The notes: a model not told the origin generated them from the sequence alone. Numbered from the stretch's first letter, positions 45,931 through 54,939 are shown. The stretch: 64,000 nt of DNA from Candidatus Hermodarchaeota archaeon (GCA_016839365.1 JAEOUH010000070.1:68166-132165); one strand, 5' to 3'. Program-made: numbers and translations.

Positions 45931-46073
45931 CCATATCAGATTTAGTGGAGATTCAACAGGAATCCATCAGATGATGATAATGGTAAATATTAACTCAGGA
46001 ATAGTCGTGTCATGAAATATAAAGGGTTTAAGTCACAATTAAGAAATATCTGAACATCCTATGAGAACATGAA

Positions 46074-46757
46074 ATGAGTAATGCTTTCTTCTTCTTTTTG
46101 TCAATGGGATTATATAACACGACATTTTGGGTAATAATCATTCTAACGACTATTCTTGGTATTATCGCGGTTCTCTTCGCTCTAAAGAAGTCTTCTTATT
46201 CAGATCAACTCATTTCAGGCATTCTTGCATGTCTCTGGCTTTGGGTCGGGATTGTGTATGGTTTTCTTTGGTGCGGATTCTGGATCCTGATAACCTTTAT
46301 GCCCACGGCTGGTTCCATTCCGGGATTTGGTTATTTCTACGGGGTGATCTTCACTCTCCAAGGCGTCTTGTTCTTGTATTATGGTGTGTATCATAAATCC
46401 CTGCATTTTAAGTTCGAACCAAACCTCTTAGGCATTACTGGATTACTTCTCATCATATTCGCAATCGGCTTTTATTGGTATGTAGGTTTTGTAACTGGTT
46501 ACCCCTTTCCATTATATCCTGTCTTTGGAACTGCACCCGCTCCAGTTGTTATCTTCACAGTAGGTCTCTTTCTATGGGCTGATAGACGAATCCTACCTAT
46601 TTTGCTTCTCATACCAACAATACAGGGATTTTTTGGCTTCATGCCGTCTCTTGGATTTGGCATCTATGCTGATATTGTGATGTTCCTCTCAGCGTTCATT
46701 TGCATATATTTGATTCATAAACACTGGATACCACTGAATGAAATAATGCAGCCGTGA
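46074..46757 (+). CDS. Hypothetical polytopic membrane protein
   Basis: Seven or so hydrophobic segments with no soluble domain. Confidence 0.5.
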   Translation: MSNAFFFFLSMGLYNTTFWVIIILTTILGIIAVLFALKKSSYSDQLISGILACLWLWVGIVYGFLWCGFWILITFMPTAGSIPGFGYFYGVIFTLQGVLFLYYGVYHKSLHFKFEPNLLGITGLLLIIFAIGFYWYVGFVTGYPFPLYPVFGTAPAPVVIFTVGLFLWADRRILPILLLIPTIQGFFGFMPSLGFGIYADIVMFLSAFICIYLIHKHWIPLNEIMQP

Positions 46758-46771
46758 AAAGAAAAAGAGGG

Positions 46772-46808
46772 AGACAATTGTCCAATATGCTCTTCAGACA
46801 ATTGTCCA
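46772..46808. repeat. Two copies of AGACAATTGTCCA (each containing the 10-bp palindrome GACAATTGTC), 24 bp apart
   Basis: Read directly: gAGACAATTGTCCAatatgctcttcAGACAATTGTCCAgag. The palindromes are at 46773-46782 and 46797-46806. The element lies in the 69-bp gap between two convergent genes. Confidence 0.6.
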
Positions 46809-46826
46809 GAGTCGATATCCGTCTTC

Positions 46827-48059
46827 TTATTCTTCTTTGGGTTTCTTGATGAGGTACCAGCTAGCGATTAGCGCTAAGATGAAGAAGAGGATAGTGATTT
46901 GCAGACCGAGAATGTAGTTTCCGCCAAAGACGTAGATGGCCATGAAGGCGATGATGATCGCGCCAATTCCGAGTTGCCCGATGTTGGATAGGCTGTTGTA
47001 CAGATTCATCATTGTACCGCCGAGGATGCTGGGAGAATTGTCCATGCCAATTCGCATGTATGTCGCTTCATATCCTCCATTGGCGAGTCCGACCAGGAAG
47101 AAGAAGCCTGCTGCGATAGTCATAGTGAATAAGTAAGGGGCAAGGATAAGTGCTGAGATGACTGAGATAATGTACAGGGCTGTTGCAACTGGTAGCATGG
47201 TTCGAAGTGAAACTGTGTCGCCTAATACTCCGATGATGATGGCTCCGAGGAACCAGCCAATGGCGAAGATCATGAATATGATTCCGACAGTGATGAGATC
47301 GAAGCCTAAGCCTTGTTCAAGAAGGGTTTGAAGAATTGGGACAATCGCGATTGCAATGCCGGCCAAAACTTGGAAGAGGAGACATATTTGGACATTTCGA
47401 GTTGAGAAGACTTCTTTGTAGGTTGAAAAGGGCACTGCAGAGAAGTCTGGGGGAAGCGGATTTTCCTTGATGATGAGTGTCAGGAACGTGAAGAGTGCGA
47501 GGAGTACCCCCGGTATCAGAAAAACCCAAGCCCATAGATCGGCAAATGATAGTAATCCCATACCAACCGCAGCAAGTCCAAGTCCCAGACCTCGAAAGCC
47601 CCAGGATACACCTTGTATACTACCGCGTTTGCGTGGGGGCGTGACATCAACGGCCATGGCATCGATGACAGCATCACTCATAGCTGCGCCGGTTGAAGCT
47701 AAAAGGCCTACGATAACGAGAAGTATTCCGAATCCAAAGGTTGCACCAATGAAGGGAATGCTTAGCCACCCGATTAGTCCAAAGGCGGCGGCGATGAAGA
47801 TGTAGGGTTTGCGGCGCCCCCAGCTCTTTAAGGGTAAATTGTCTGATAGGATACCGAAGATGATTTTTAGATACCATGGGAGTAATATGATGGATTGCCA
47901 AAGGATACTATCGAAGTCACTGAGTCCAAGATACCGTAAGTACGCTGGGAGAAAGACCAGTGCGCCAAAGGCGATTCCTTGGGCGAGGTAGAAAAGTCCG
48001 ACCCACCCGAGGTTACTGTTTCGCCATACAGCTTCATAATCTGGTTCTTTGAGGGACAT
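46827..48059 (-). CDS. MFS transporter, folate-biopterin transporter (BT1)-like
   Basis: LPWYLKIIFGILSDNLPLKSWGRRKPYIF matches the BT1 signature PW..K...G..SD......RR.PY. There are 12 TM helices. Confidence 0.6.
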   Translation of the reverse strand: MSLKEPDYEAVWRNSNLGWVGLFYLAQGIAFGALVFLPAYLRYLGLSDFDSILWQSIILLPWYLKIIFGILSDNLPLKSWGRRKPYIFIAAAFGLIGWLSIPFIGATFGFGILLVIVGLLASTGAAMSDAVIDAMAVDVTPPRKRGSIQGVSWGFRGLGLGLAAVGMGLLSFADLWAWVFLIPGVLLALFTFLTLIIKENPLPPDFSAVPFSTYKEVFSTRNVQICLLFQVLAGIAIAIVPILQTLLEQGLGFDLITVGIIFMIFAIGWFLGAIIIGVLGDTVSLRTMLPVATALYIISVISALILAPYLFTMTIAAGFFFLVGLANGGYEATYMRIGMDNSPSILGGTMMNLYNSLSNIGQLGIGAIIIAFMAIYVFGGNYILGLQITILFFILALIASWYLIKKPKEE

Positions 48060-48177
48060 AGCCTACCCATCTGCTAGTAGGATGCTTAAATAATTTCAAT
48101 TCGATAAAATCCATTGATTAAAAGAAAGCGGAGTGGGGGTGAAATCCATTGTATTCACCCCCAAGTTGGGATAGTAC

Positions 48178-50427
48178 TTATCCTGTGCGGTTGAAAACTC
48201 GTCGTTTCCAGATGAGGTAGCCAACCAGGGTCCCGACTATGAGCATGATGACAGCAACGCCGATAAAGGCCCCGATCATCAAGGGAGACAATGGTGCTTC
48301 TGCTACACCAATGATGACATTGACGGTGCCCTCACCAACAAGGGCAAAGCTGACACGGCCTGTATATCGGGCTGTGAAGGTATCCTGGTAGATCATGCTG
48401 AACGGAAGTGAGGTGCTAACTCCGATGATGCTACTGAAGAGATGACCGATGATAAACGGATTGTCTCCGGTGGTGGTCATGAAATAACCATACACCGTGT
48501 TGCCACCAGGAATCAGTTCCATAGTAAGCACATAGGTGTTACCTGCAACGACATTGAAGGAGTACGTAGCAAACTCTTCAAGTTCCAGGGCTGCTGTAGT
48601 TACTGTGCCAAGGGCATAAGGCGTGACCGGTGTTATGGTGAGACTGACATTTGCACTTGTCATATCCCCACCAACCATTCCAGGCCCTAAAACCCACATG
48701 TAATTGATGCTATCACGGACGGCAACATAAGTCAAGCTGGCGGTATCATTGGTATTTAATGAGTATCCCGAGCCTGATGGTGGATCGGCAAAGCCGAGTG
48801 GTAATCCGATTATGCTGAAGTATTGCCAGTCACGGTATGACTCAGACTGTAGATAATCTTCGATACCAATATTGCCACTTGTAGTGTATTCATCTGGAGT
48901 GGCACTAACCGAGTAGATGGCTCCACTGGCTTGTGGTAGAGTGAAGCAATGATAGAAGGGTCCAACAGTGGTATTGAAGTCAACATTGAGTCCAAGACCA
49001 GTCAACTCTGGGAAGGGAGTTAAATCGAGATGCGCTACAATACTGAAAGTCTCGCTGTGTGGGTCACCAATTGAATTCGCTTGCACATGCATATAGAAGG
49101 TGTTAAATCGGCTGTAAATTCCTGGTCCAAGTGGAGGTATAGCCCCGGTAATTGATCCATTAGTATAGGAAGTATATGTGGCCGTACACACCCACATTTC
49201 CAGATACGAATTACCCATCACTGAAGGTGAGGGGAATCCCATCCCTTGAGCGGTAGCGTATCCACGTTCAAGATTGTCCTGTAGGGTATAATTCGTACTA
49301 GGCTCTTCGTAGATTTCAAAGGAAGGTCCAGTATAACCACCCGACCATGCATCGAAGGTATTTATGGTCCAATTGATACCCGAAGGATTACTAAAGTATG
49401 CGTTGAAATAATGCCCTTCAGGGATGGTCACTGCGACATAGGTATCAAGATCATTCGGGGTTGTATTGAAATTGAGTGGTAAGGGGGTTCCTGGAACGAG
49501 TGGTGTGGTGGGTATTGGAACTACATTCAAGGTGAAGGCTGTCATAGAGTCATTTAGGAACTCAAAATTGTCACTTAGTGCGAGTAAATAATAAGTTCCA
49601 CCAACTAGCACTTCATACTCGAGATCTGGTCCCCAGACTGTGTCATTTTCATCAGGTCCTGCTGGGACATTATAGATGGGATGCCAAGAGTTGTAGGGGT
49701 AGTATTCACCATAATTGAGGTCAATGAGTACTACTCCATCTAAGGGATAGAAGGTAGCATCACCGCCCCATCCAGAGGTTGTACTCCAGTTGAGACTGCC
49801 ATATGCTGTAAAGTTGTAGAAGTTGTTTCCTGGCAGGTTTAATCGGAATCCTTGCCAGGTGTGATCGGTTGTCCATTCAAGAGTAGTATTCTGACCCAAC
49901 GGCATTGCATCAGGCAAAGCCCCGAAGCTAAGCAGCTGGTCCACGGTTAAATTTCCAGTGACCCAATCACCAGTTGAAAATGATGTTAGCTCGTAGTAAA
50001 TTAGAAGATAACCAGGACGAACACAGATAATGTCTGTGTCATAGTATCCCGTTTCATTTTCCAATCGATTATTCCAATCGACTGAGGTGATATGATCTAG
50101 AGAGCGAAAGTAGGTGCCAATTCCTGGCCAAAAAGTGTCCATCGTTTGATACCAGTCGGTATCAATATCTACTCCTGGTGGAGTAGCATTATTCACGTAG
50201 TAGGTGAGGTTAAACCGGTAAACACCAGGATCTAAAATTTGCACCGTAAAACTGTCTGAAGGATCTGTATCATTGACTAAAATCGATGCCATACCATTAA
50301 TCGGAACAGAAACGGCAGCCACTGTAGATGAGGGTGTTTCTTTGAAGCTCATAGGTTGGAGGATGCCAGACTGAAACAGAAGTAAACTGAGCACTAGAAG
50401 GCTTATTTTCCAAATATTTCGATTCAT
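48178..50427 (-). CDS. Secreted, C-terminally anchored surface (glyco)protein
   Basis: Signal peptide MNRNIWKISLLVLSLLLFQSG. At least 15 N-x-S/T sequons were counted by eye. The C-terminal TM is LMIGAFIGVAVIMLIVGTLVGYLIW, followed by KRRVFNRTG. Confidence 0.75.
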   Translation of the reverse strand: MNRNIWKISLLVLSLLLFQSGILQPMSFKETPSSTVAAVSVPINGMASILVNDTDPSDSFTVQILDPGVYRFNLTYYVNNATPPGVDIDTDWYQTMDTFWPGIGTYFRSLDHITSVDWNNRLENETGYYDTDIICVRPGYLLIYYELTSFSTGDWVTGNLTVDQLLSFGALPDAMPLGQNTTLEWTTDHTWQGFRLNLPGNNFYNFTAYGSLNWSTTSGWGGDATFYPLDGVVLIDLNYGEYYPYNSWHPIYNVPAGPDENDTVWGPDLEYEVLVGGTYYLLALSDNFEFLNDSMTAFTLNVVPIPTTPLVPGTPLPLNFNTTPNDLDTYVAVTIPEGHYFNAYFSNPSGINWTINTFDAWSGGYTGPSFEIYEEPSTNYTLQDNLERGYATAQGMGFPSPSVMGNSYLEMWVCTATYTSYTNGSITGAIPPLGPGIYSRFNTFYMHVQANSIGDPHSETFSIVAHLDLTPFPELTGLGLNVDFNTTVGPFYHCFTLPQASGAIYSVSATPDEYTTSGNIGIEDYLQSESYRDWQYFSIIGLPLGFADPPSGSGYSLNTNDTASLTYVAVRDSINYMWVLGPGMVGGDMTSANVSLTITPVTPYALGTVTTAALELEEFATYSFNVVAGNTYVLTMELIPGGNTVYGYFMTTTGDNPFIIGHLFSSIIGVSTSLPFSMIYQDTFTARYTGRVSFALVGEGTVNVIIGVAEAPLSPLMIGAFIGVAVIMLIVGTLVGYLIWKRRVFNRTG

Positions 50428-50636
50428 TTTTTAAAATCTCACTACTGATTGATTTTACTGAAGCAATGGATCGTGCGATTCCCGCTGGAAGATTAGAATC
50501 GCCGACTGCTTATCGGTGATTAAAGAATCCACTATAAAAAATTGTATCGGAATGTTTATTCGAATTCAGTTTTTTTGCAGTATTCAAGAAAGCAGGTTAT
50601 CTGCTAGTTTCAGATTTAGAGTCACTGTAATCTGTT

Positions 50637-51485
50637 CTAAAAGAGTTTATTTCCACAATTTGGGCAGAATTTACCTGGAAACATGAAGAGGGGTAATTCG
50701 GCATCACATTTCGAACAGTGCACAATGAGCTTTTTCCCACAATTTGAGCAGTGCTCACTGATGGGTACTGTGTTTTTACAATGGGGACATTGTGCTTGTG
50801 GCATTGCGGGCATGGTCCCAGATGTAAATGCAGGGCCAGTATTGGGAGTTGAAATAGGTGGTGGATCTGAGGAAGGTGTCCTCACAGGGGCACCACAATG
50901 GGGACAATGTGTTTTGCCTGAGGGAACGTGAGTCCCACAAAATGGGCATTTGCTTTTCACCTTGGAGGATTCGATATGAGCTTCGATGACTGCAAACATT
51001 TGGGGCTTCTTTGCTTCAAATTCGATGTCCTCACCACTACTGAGTGTTATTACGAGTTTATTTCCTGGACTGTCAATGTTATCAATAATCATCAACGGAA
51101 CGGCAATGGACTCTGCGACCCCTCCCTGTCCACGGGCAACCATCTGGTTCGTTGAAAGTGTATTGATCATGATTGCTGTTGCCGTAGCATGTGATGCGGT
51201 GCGGATACCTCGACCAACAGCACGACCAAAAATGCCTCCGTGGCGTTGGGCTGCTCCTGCAGCCACAGAGCCAGCTACGCCAACAGCAAATGCTTTGGCA
51301 AAGCCTCCAAACATTCCACCGCCCTTGGGCTTCTCCATCTTATACCAGACTAGGCGAACATCTGAAACAGCGAGACGACCAGTATTCTTTTCAAATCGCA
51401 CATCATCAATGGTAGAAGCGATTTTCTCATATCCCAATGGAACGAGTTGTCCGTTCTGGACTGAGACGTTGAGAAATTCTGTCAT
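50637..51485 (-). CDS. PH/GRAM-like N-terminal domain, Gly/Ala-rich middle and three C-terminal zinc ribbons
   Basis: GRLAVSDVRLVWY is the GRAM/GLUE-like strand. The ribbons are CPFCG..x..CPHCG, CPHC..x..CSNCG and CSKC..x..CPNCG (nt 50637-50954). Confidence 0.6.
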   Translation of the reverse strand: MTEFLNVSVQNGQLVPLGYEKIASTIDDVRFEKNTGRLAVSDVRLVWYKMEKPKGGGMFGGFAKAFAVGVAGSVAAGAAQRHGGIFGRAVGRGIRTASHATATAIMINTLSTNQMVARGQGGVAESIAVPLMIIDNIDSPGNKLVITLSSGEDIEFEAKKPQMFAVIEAHIESSKVKSKCPFCGTHVPSGKTHCPHCGAPVRTPSSDPPPISTPNTGPAFTSGTMPAMPQAQCPHCKNTVPISEHCSNCGKKLIVHCSKCDAELPLFMFPGKFCPNCGNKLF

Positions 51486-51590
51486 ACTTAACCCCTCTCA
51501 TTTCCTTTCTAAAACCTTTGTACTCACGAAAAAACAATCACTCATTCTTCAACTTGTCTCAACTTAGAAAACCGGTTAATGCTGCAAAAC

Positions 51591-53198
51591 CTACCACCCG
51601 ATGGCAGTTCCATCCGCTCTTGGGCTAGATCCTCCACAGAGCACTCCGGATGCTGGGTTTCGAGTAATTATTTGCCCTCGACCAAACATCATCCGACTGG
51701 CTCCCGACACTGTTGTGATGTTGTGACCGTATTCCCTAAGTGTGGTTACAGTCAATTCTGGGATTTCATCTTCAAGAAAGACTTCACTAGCGCTCCTTCC
51801 ACCTCGAATAGTGAATCGTGGGGCATCCAAAGCCTCTTGCGGGTTCATGCCAAAATCAATCAGGTTGATGAGAACTTGGACATGTCCTTGTGGTTGGTTA
51901 AAGCCTCCCATTACTCCAAAACTAGCGTATAGTTCGTTGTTTTGGAGAGCCATTCCTGGAATTATTGTGTGATAAGGTCGCTTATTCGGCGCAAGTACGT
52001 TGGGATGGTTTGGACGAAGAGAAAAGTTCGCACCCCGATTTTGTAATGTAAACCCACACCCTTTGGGAATCAGTCCCGTGCCAAACCCCATGTAATTTGA
52101 GTTAATGAAACTGCACGCGTTAGCTTCAGCATCGACGACAGAAAAGTAGACAGTATCGGATTCGCTCCTTGGGATTCCTCGGCTGTAAGAAAGATTCGTA
52201 TGTTTTAAAGAAATTTCTTTCCGGCGTTTAGAAGCATATTCCTTTGAAATTAGTTCTTGAATCGGCACATCTACTACTGTCGGGTCTGCCACATACCATT
52301 GAGTATCGGCAAAGGCCAGACGTAGAGCTTCTATCATTAAGTGGAGATGTTCAACTGTAGAATGCCCAAGTTTTGAGAAATCATACTCTTCAAGGATATT
52401 CAAAGCAGTAAGGGCGGTTATCCCTTGGCCATTCGGGGGAATCTCAAACACATCTATTCCTTTGTAGTTTACAGATATTGGTTCATCGAATGTGCTTTGA
52501 TGGTTCTTCAAATCCTCCTCTGTCATCACTCCCCCCAATGATTGAATCAACTTCACAATTGCTTCAGCAATATATCCCTCATAGAATCCTTGTTTCCCAT
52601 TATCGGCTACTTCTCGGAACGTTCGTGCTAAGTTGGGTAGCTTCATGATTTCTCCGGCTTTGGGAGCCCTGCCATTAATTAACATTTCATCAGCATTCGG
52701 ACCTTGTTTCAACTGTTTCACTCCTCGTTGCCAAGCAGCGGCAGTTAATGGCGCAACAGGAAAACCTTCTTCAGCTAGAGCAATGGCGGGGGCAAGGACT
52801 TCCTTGATTGTTAACGAGCCAAATTTCGTTACTGTATCAACCCAACCTGCTGCTGCCCCGGGTACGGTTATTGTATGAACACTTAGGGGTGGAAGGGTCC
52901 CTTTGATACCCGTCTCTGCTAGTTTTGTCAATGTTAATTTTCCTGGGGCTCTTCCGCTTCCATTCAGTCCTTTCACAGTTTTCGTGGAATTATTAAAGAA
53001 TAAACAGAAACAATCTCCACCGATGCCTGTCGAACAGGGCTCAGTGACATTTAATGCAGCAGCAGTGGCTACTGCAGCATCAGCAGCGTTTCCTCCACTT
53101 TGTAATACTCTCAGACCAATTTCTGAGGCTAATGGCTGACTTGATGCCACCATACCATGTTTAGCATAGACGGGGGATCGGTATGAACTGAATTTCAT
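51591..53198 (-). CDS. ggt: Gamma-glutamyltranspeptidase
   Basis: GGNAADAAVATAAALNVTEPCSTGIGGDCF. The autoprocessing Thr context is SDTVYFSVVD. The start is set at ATG 53198 (MKFSSYRSPVYAKHGMVAS), because the longest ORF would overlap the upstream MFS gene by 86 nt. Confidence 0.85.
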   Translation of the reverse strand: MKFSSYRSPVYAKHGMVASSQPLASEIGLRVLQSGGNAADAAVATAAALNVTEPCSTGIGGDCFCLFFNNSTKTVKGLNGSGRAPGKLTLTKLAETGIKGTLPPLSVHTITVPGAAAGWVDTVTKFGSLTIKEVLAPAIALAEEGFPVAPLTAAAWQRGVKQLKQGPNADEMLINGRAPKAGEIMKLPNLARTFREVADNGKQGFYEGYIAEAIVKLIQSLGGVMTEEDLKNHQSTFDEPISVNYKGIDVFEIPPNGQGITALTALNILEEYDFSKLGHSTVEHLHLMIEALRLAFADTQWYVADPTVVDVPIQELISKEYASKRRKEISLKHTNLSYSRGIPRSESDTVYFSVVDAEANACSFINSNYMGFGTGLIPKGCGFTLQNRGANFSLRPNHPNVLAPNKRPYHTIIPGMALQNNELYASFGVMGGFNQPQGHVQVLINLIDFGMNPQEALDAPRFTIRGGRSASEVFLEDEIPELTVTTLREYGHNITTVSGASRMMFGRGQIITRNPASGVLCGGSSPRADGTAIGW

Positions 53199-53241
53199 GT
53201 GGAGTAATTTGTTGTTCGTACAATAAATCCTATGGGTGCTA

Positions 53242-54558
53242 TTAGGCTCCCGAGTTGGAATCACTTTCTGGTTGATCTTGTACCTCATCTTTCCCAATTT
53301 CATGTTTTTCGAGTTTCTCTTCGACATGGCGGAGGCCTGTAAATACCCATGTGAGAAGCAAGAAGCTAATCATGATACTCCCAAAGAATAGAAAGATGAG
53401 TGGAATTGAAAATATCTCCGCGAGTATACCAGCGGCCAGAAACGCAAAGGGTCCCGTGAACTGTGCGATCGTTAAACGGACTGAAAAAACTCGACCCATT
53501 TTTTCCGGAGGTACAACCTTTTGCCATATCGTTTGACTAGAGACATTGGCTACAGGCAAGGTGAATCCAACAAGGACGATGCCAAGTGCAGCCACCCAAA
53601 ACAGGCCAACTGGGGTCAAAGCAAGAATGACCATCCCAAGGGCACCAAGGAATAATCCGAGGACAACGCCGATAACATTACGTTTGAAACCTCCGGAAAC
53701 CATCATGATAGCAGATGCAATCATCATGCTTGCGCTCTGCAACGACATCAGGATGCCTAGGTACACGACAGCTAGATCGAGGTTCAGAAAGGCAAGATTG
53801 ATGGTGGTGTAAAGGGGAAGCAGGACGAAAATGGGTGGAAGAAAGAAGTTGGCCAGAGTGAATACCGAAAGCAAGGTCAGTAGTCCAGATCGTGACCTTA
53901 TGAATGTGAGACCTTCAGCGAATTCCTCTCTAAAGGACGGTTTATCTTCTTGGACTTTCTTCTGAATTGCTGGTATGGTCACAAGGATTGCAGGAAAAAT
54001 CGCGATCAGATAGGTTCCAATATCTATAAAGAGAATCCTAGCCATGTCTCCAAGAAAGATAAGAAACACCAAGGCGCCGATTGCGGGTCCAATAGTCTGA
54101 ACAAACGCTGTGGCAAAATAGTTCAGACTATTCATACGAGTTAGGTGCTTTCTGGGCACCATGATTGGAATAATGGCTTGAACGGCTGTAGCGTGGAACG
54201 CGCCGACCATTCCACCTACTAATTGGATTAGGAGCACATGAGTGATATTAGTTATCCCTAGGAAGAATAGGATGACGAGAATCAGACTCAACATTGCAAG
54301 GATGCTATCTGCAACAATAATGACTTTCTTGCGCGACCAGCGGTCAACTAAGACGCCAGCGATGGGTGTAATGAGGATGAAACTTCCGAATGCGAAGAAT
54401 GCCGAGATACCCAAGAAAAAGGCACTGCCAGTTTGAATGGTTATCCACCAAACCAGACTAAAGTTGACAATGTTGGTGCCGGCTAATGATGCAAGTTGGC
54501 CACCCCAAAAAATGAGGTAATGGCGAAAAGTGCGTTTATCTGGTTCCAGCTGGTTCAT
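53242..54558 (-). CDS. MFS transporter (EntS/macrolide-efflux-like)
   Basis: HYLIFWGGQLASLAGTNIVNFSLVWW...GVLVDRWSRKKV. There are 12 TM helices. Confidence 0.75.
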   Translation of the reverse strand: MNQLEPDKRTFRHYLIFWGGQLASLAGTNIVNFSLVWWITIQTGSAFFLGISAFFAFGSFILITPIAGVLVDRWSRKKVIIVADSILAMLSLILVILFFLGITNITHVLLIQLVGGMVGAFHATAVQAIIPIMVPRKHLTRMNSLNYFATAFVQTIGPAIGALVFLIFLGDMARILFIDIGTYLIAIFPAILVTIPAIQKKVQEDKPSFREEFAEGLTFIRSRSGLLTLLSVFTLANFFLPPIFVLLPLYTTINLAFLNLDLAVVYLGILMSLQSASMMIASAIMMVSGGFKRNVIGVVLGLFLGALGMVILALTPVGLFWVAALGIVLVGFTLPVANVSSQTIWQKVVPPEKMGRVFSVRLTIAQFTGPFAFLAAGILAEIFSIPLIFLFFGSIMISFLLLTWVFTGLRHVEEKLEKHEIGKDEVQDQPESDSNSGA

Positions 54559-54624
54559 GGTATATCAGATCCTCAAACGTGGGCTTGAGTAATATTCTCA
54601 TTATGCGAGAATACGCTCTTGTAC

Positions 54625-54635
54625 TATGATAAAAG
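54625..54635 (-). promoter_or_regulatory. TATA/BRE-like box (AAGCTTTTATCATA on the minus strand) about 70 bp upstream of the MFS start
   Basis: The same 11-mer TATGATAAAAG as at 13181 and 62360. Confidence 0.4.
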
Positions 54636-54939
54636 CTTTTGTTATGGGGGGCAAGAGACGGCAAAAGCCATACTTGAACCTGTTATTGTGTTGAAATGGG
54701 TGTGAATCTCTGTACCCCAGTGAATTTCTCGGGGCGTTGTGTAAAGGCTTGAACATAGTTGACGACGAAGTTGTGGTTAATGGCGGGGAACTGGATGATG
54801 TTGGGGGGATGGAAGCCGAGGACTTCCTAGTCTTTATCTGGCCGTTCAGAAATCAGAGTACCCATGGAAACATCTTGTCATTGGTCAATTGATTAGAGTC
54901 CAAGGAGCGCCTAGATGTTCTTGTTCGTCCAATCCTCTC

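Noticed and set aside
50986-51567. A 193-codon ORF antisense to the zinc-ribbon gene. Similar antisense or alternative-frame ORFs lie inside the UvrA-like gene (for example 20003-20242, 21038-21280, 21419-21688), cdhE, the CDF gene and the ICMT gene (33988-34422).
   Set aside because: All are embedded in longer ORFs that carry strong family motifs. Their products are Pro/Arg/Ser/Thr-rich with no motifs. I treat them as shadow ORFs.
51591-53327. The longest-ORF version of ggt (578 aa), which overlaps the upstream MFS gene by 86 nt
   Set aside because: The N-terminal 43 codons are Lys/Asn-rich and unlike GGT leaders. The ATG at 53198 removes the overlap and begins just before the conserved MVASSQPLAS block, so the shorter model was adopted.
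54593-54613. Short inverted repeats near promoters or gene ends: TATTCTC-n7-GAGAATA (54593-54613), GATTCGTT-n7-AACGAATC (11655-11677), GTTGATTT-n8-AAATCAAC (16787-16810), TCACAT-T-ATGTGA (35292-35304) and GTTCGATG-n23-CATCGAAC (31876-31914)
   Set aside because: Inverted repeats with 6-8-bp arms and flexible spacers are expected dozens of times by chance in 64 kb. None except the 24154-24195 hairpin is followed by a T-tract. I kept only the terminator candidate and the statistically unusual repeats.
54695-54892. An open frame in the 381-bp gap encoding ...GLNIVDDEVVVNGGELDDVGGMEAEDFLVFIWPF..., which faintly resembles the 'VNG...D.v.i.P' part of ThiS/MoaD ubiquitin-like proteins
   Set aside because: There is no ATG at a sensible position (only an internal Met and a TTG). 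There is no C-terminal Gly-Gly and no RBS, and the resemblance rests on a few residues. It could be a decayed gene fragment, but I cannot support a call.
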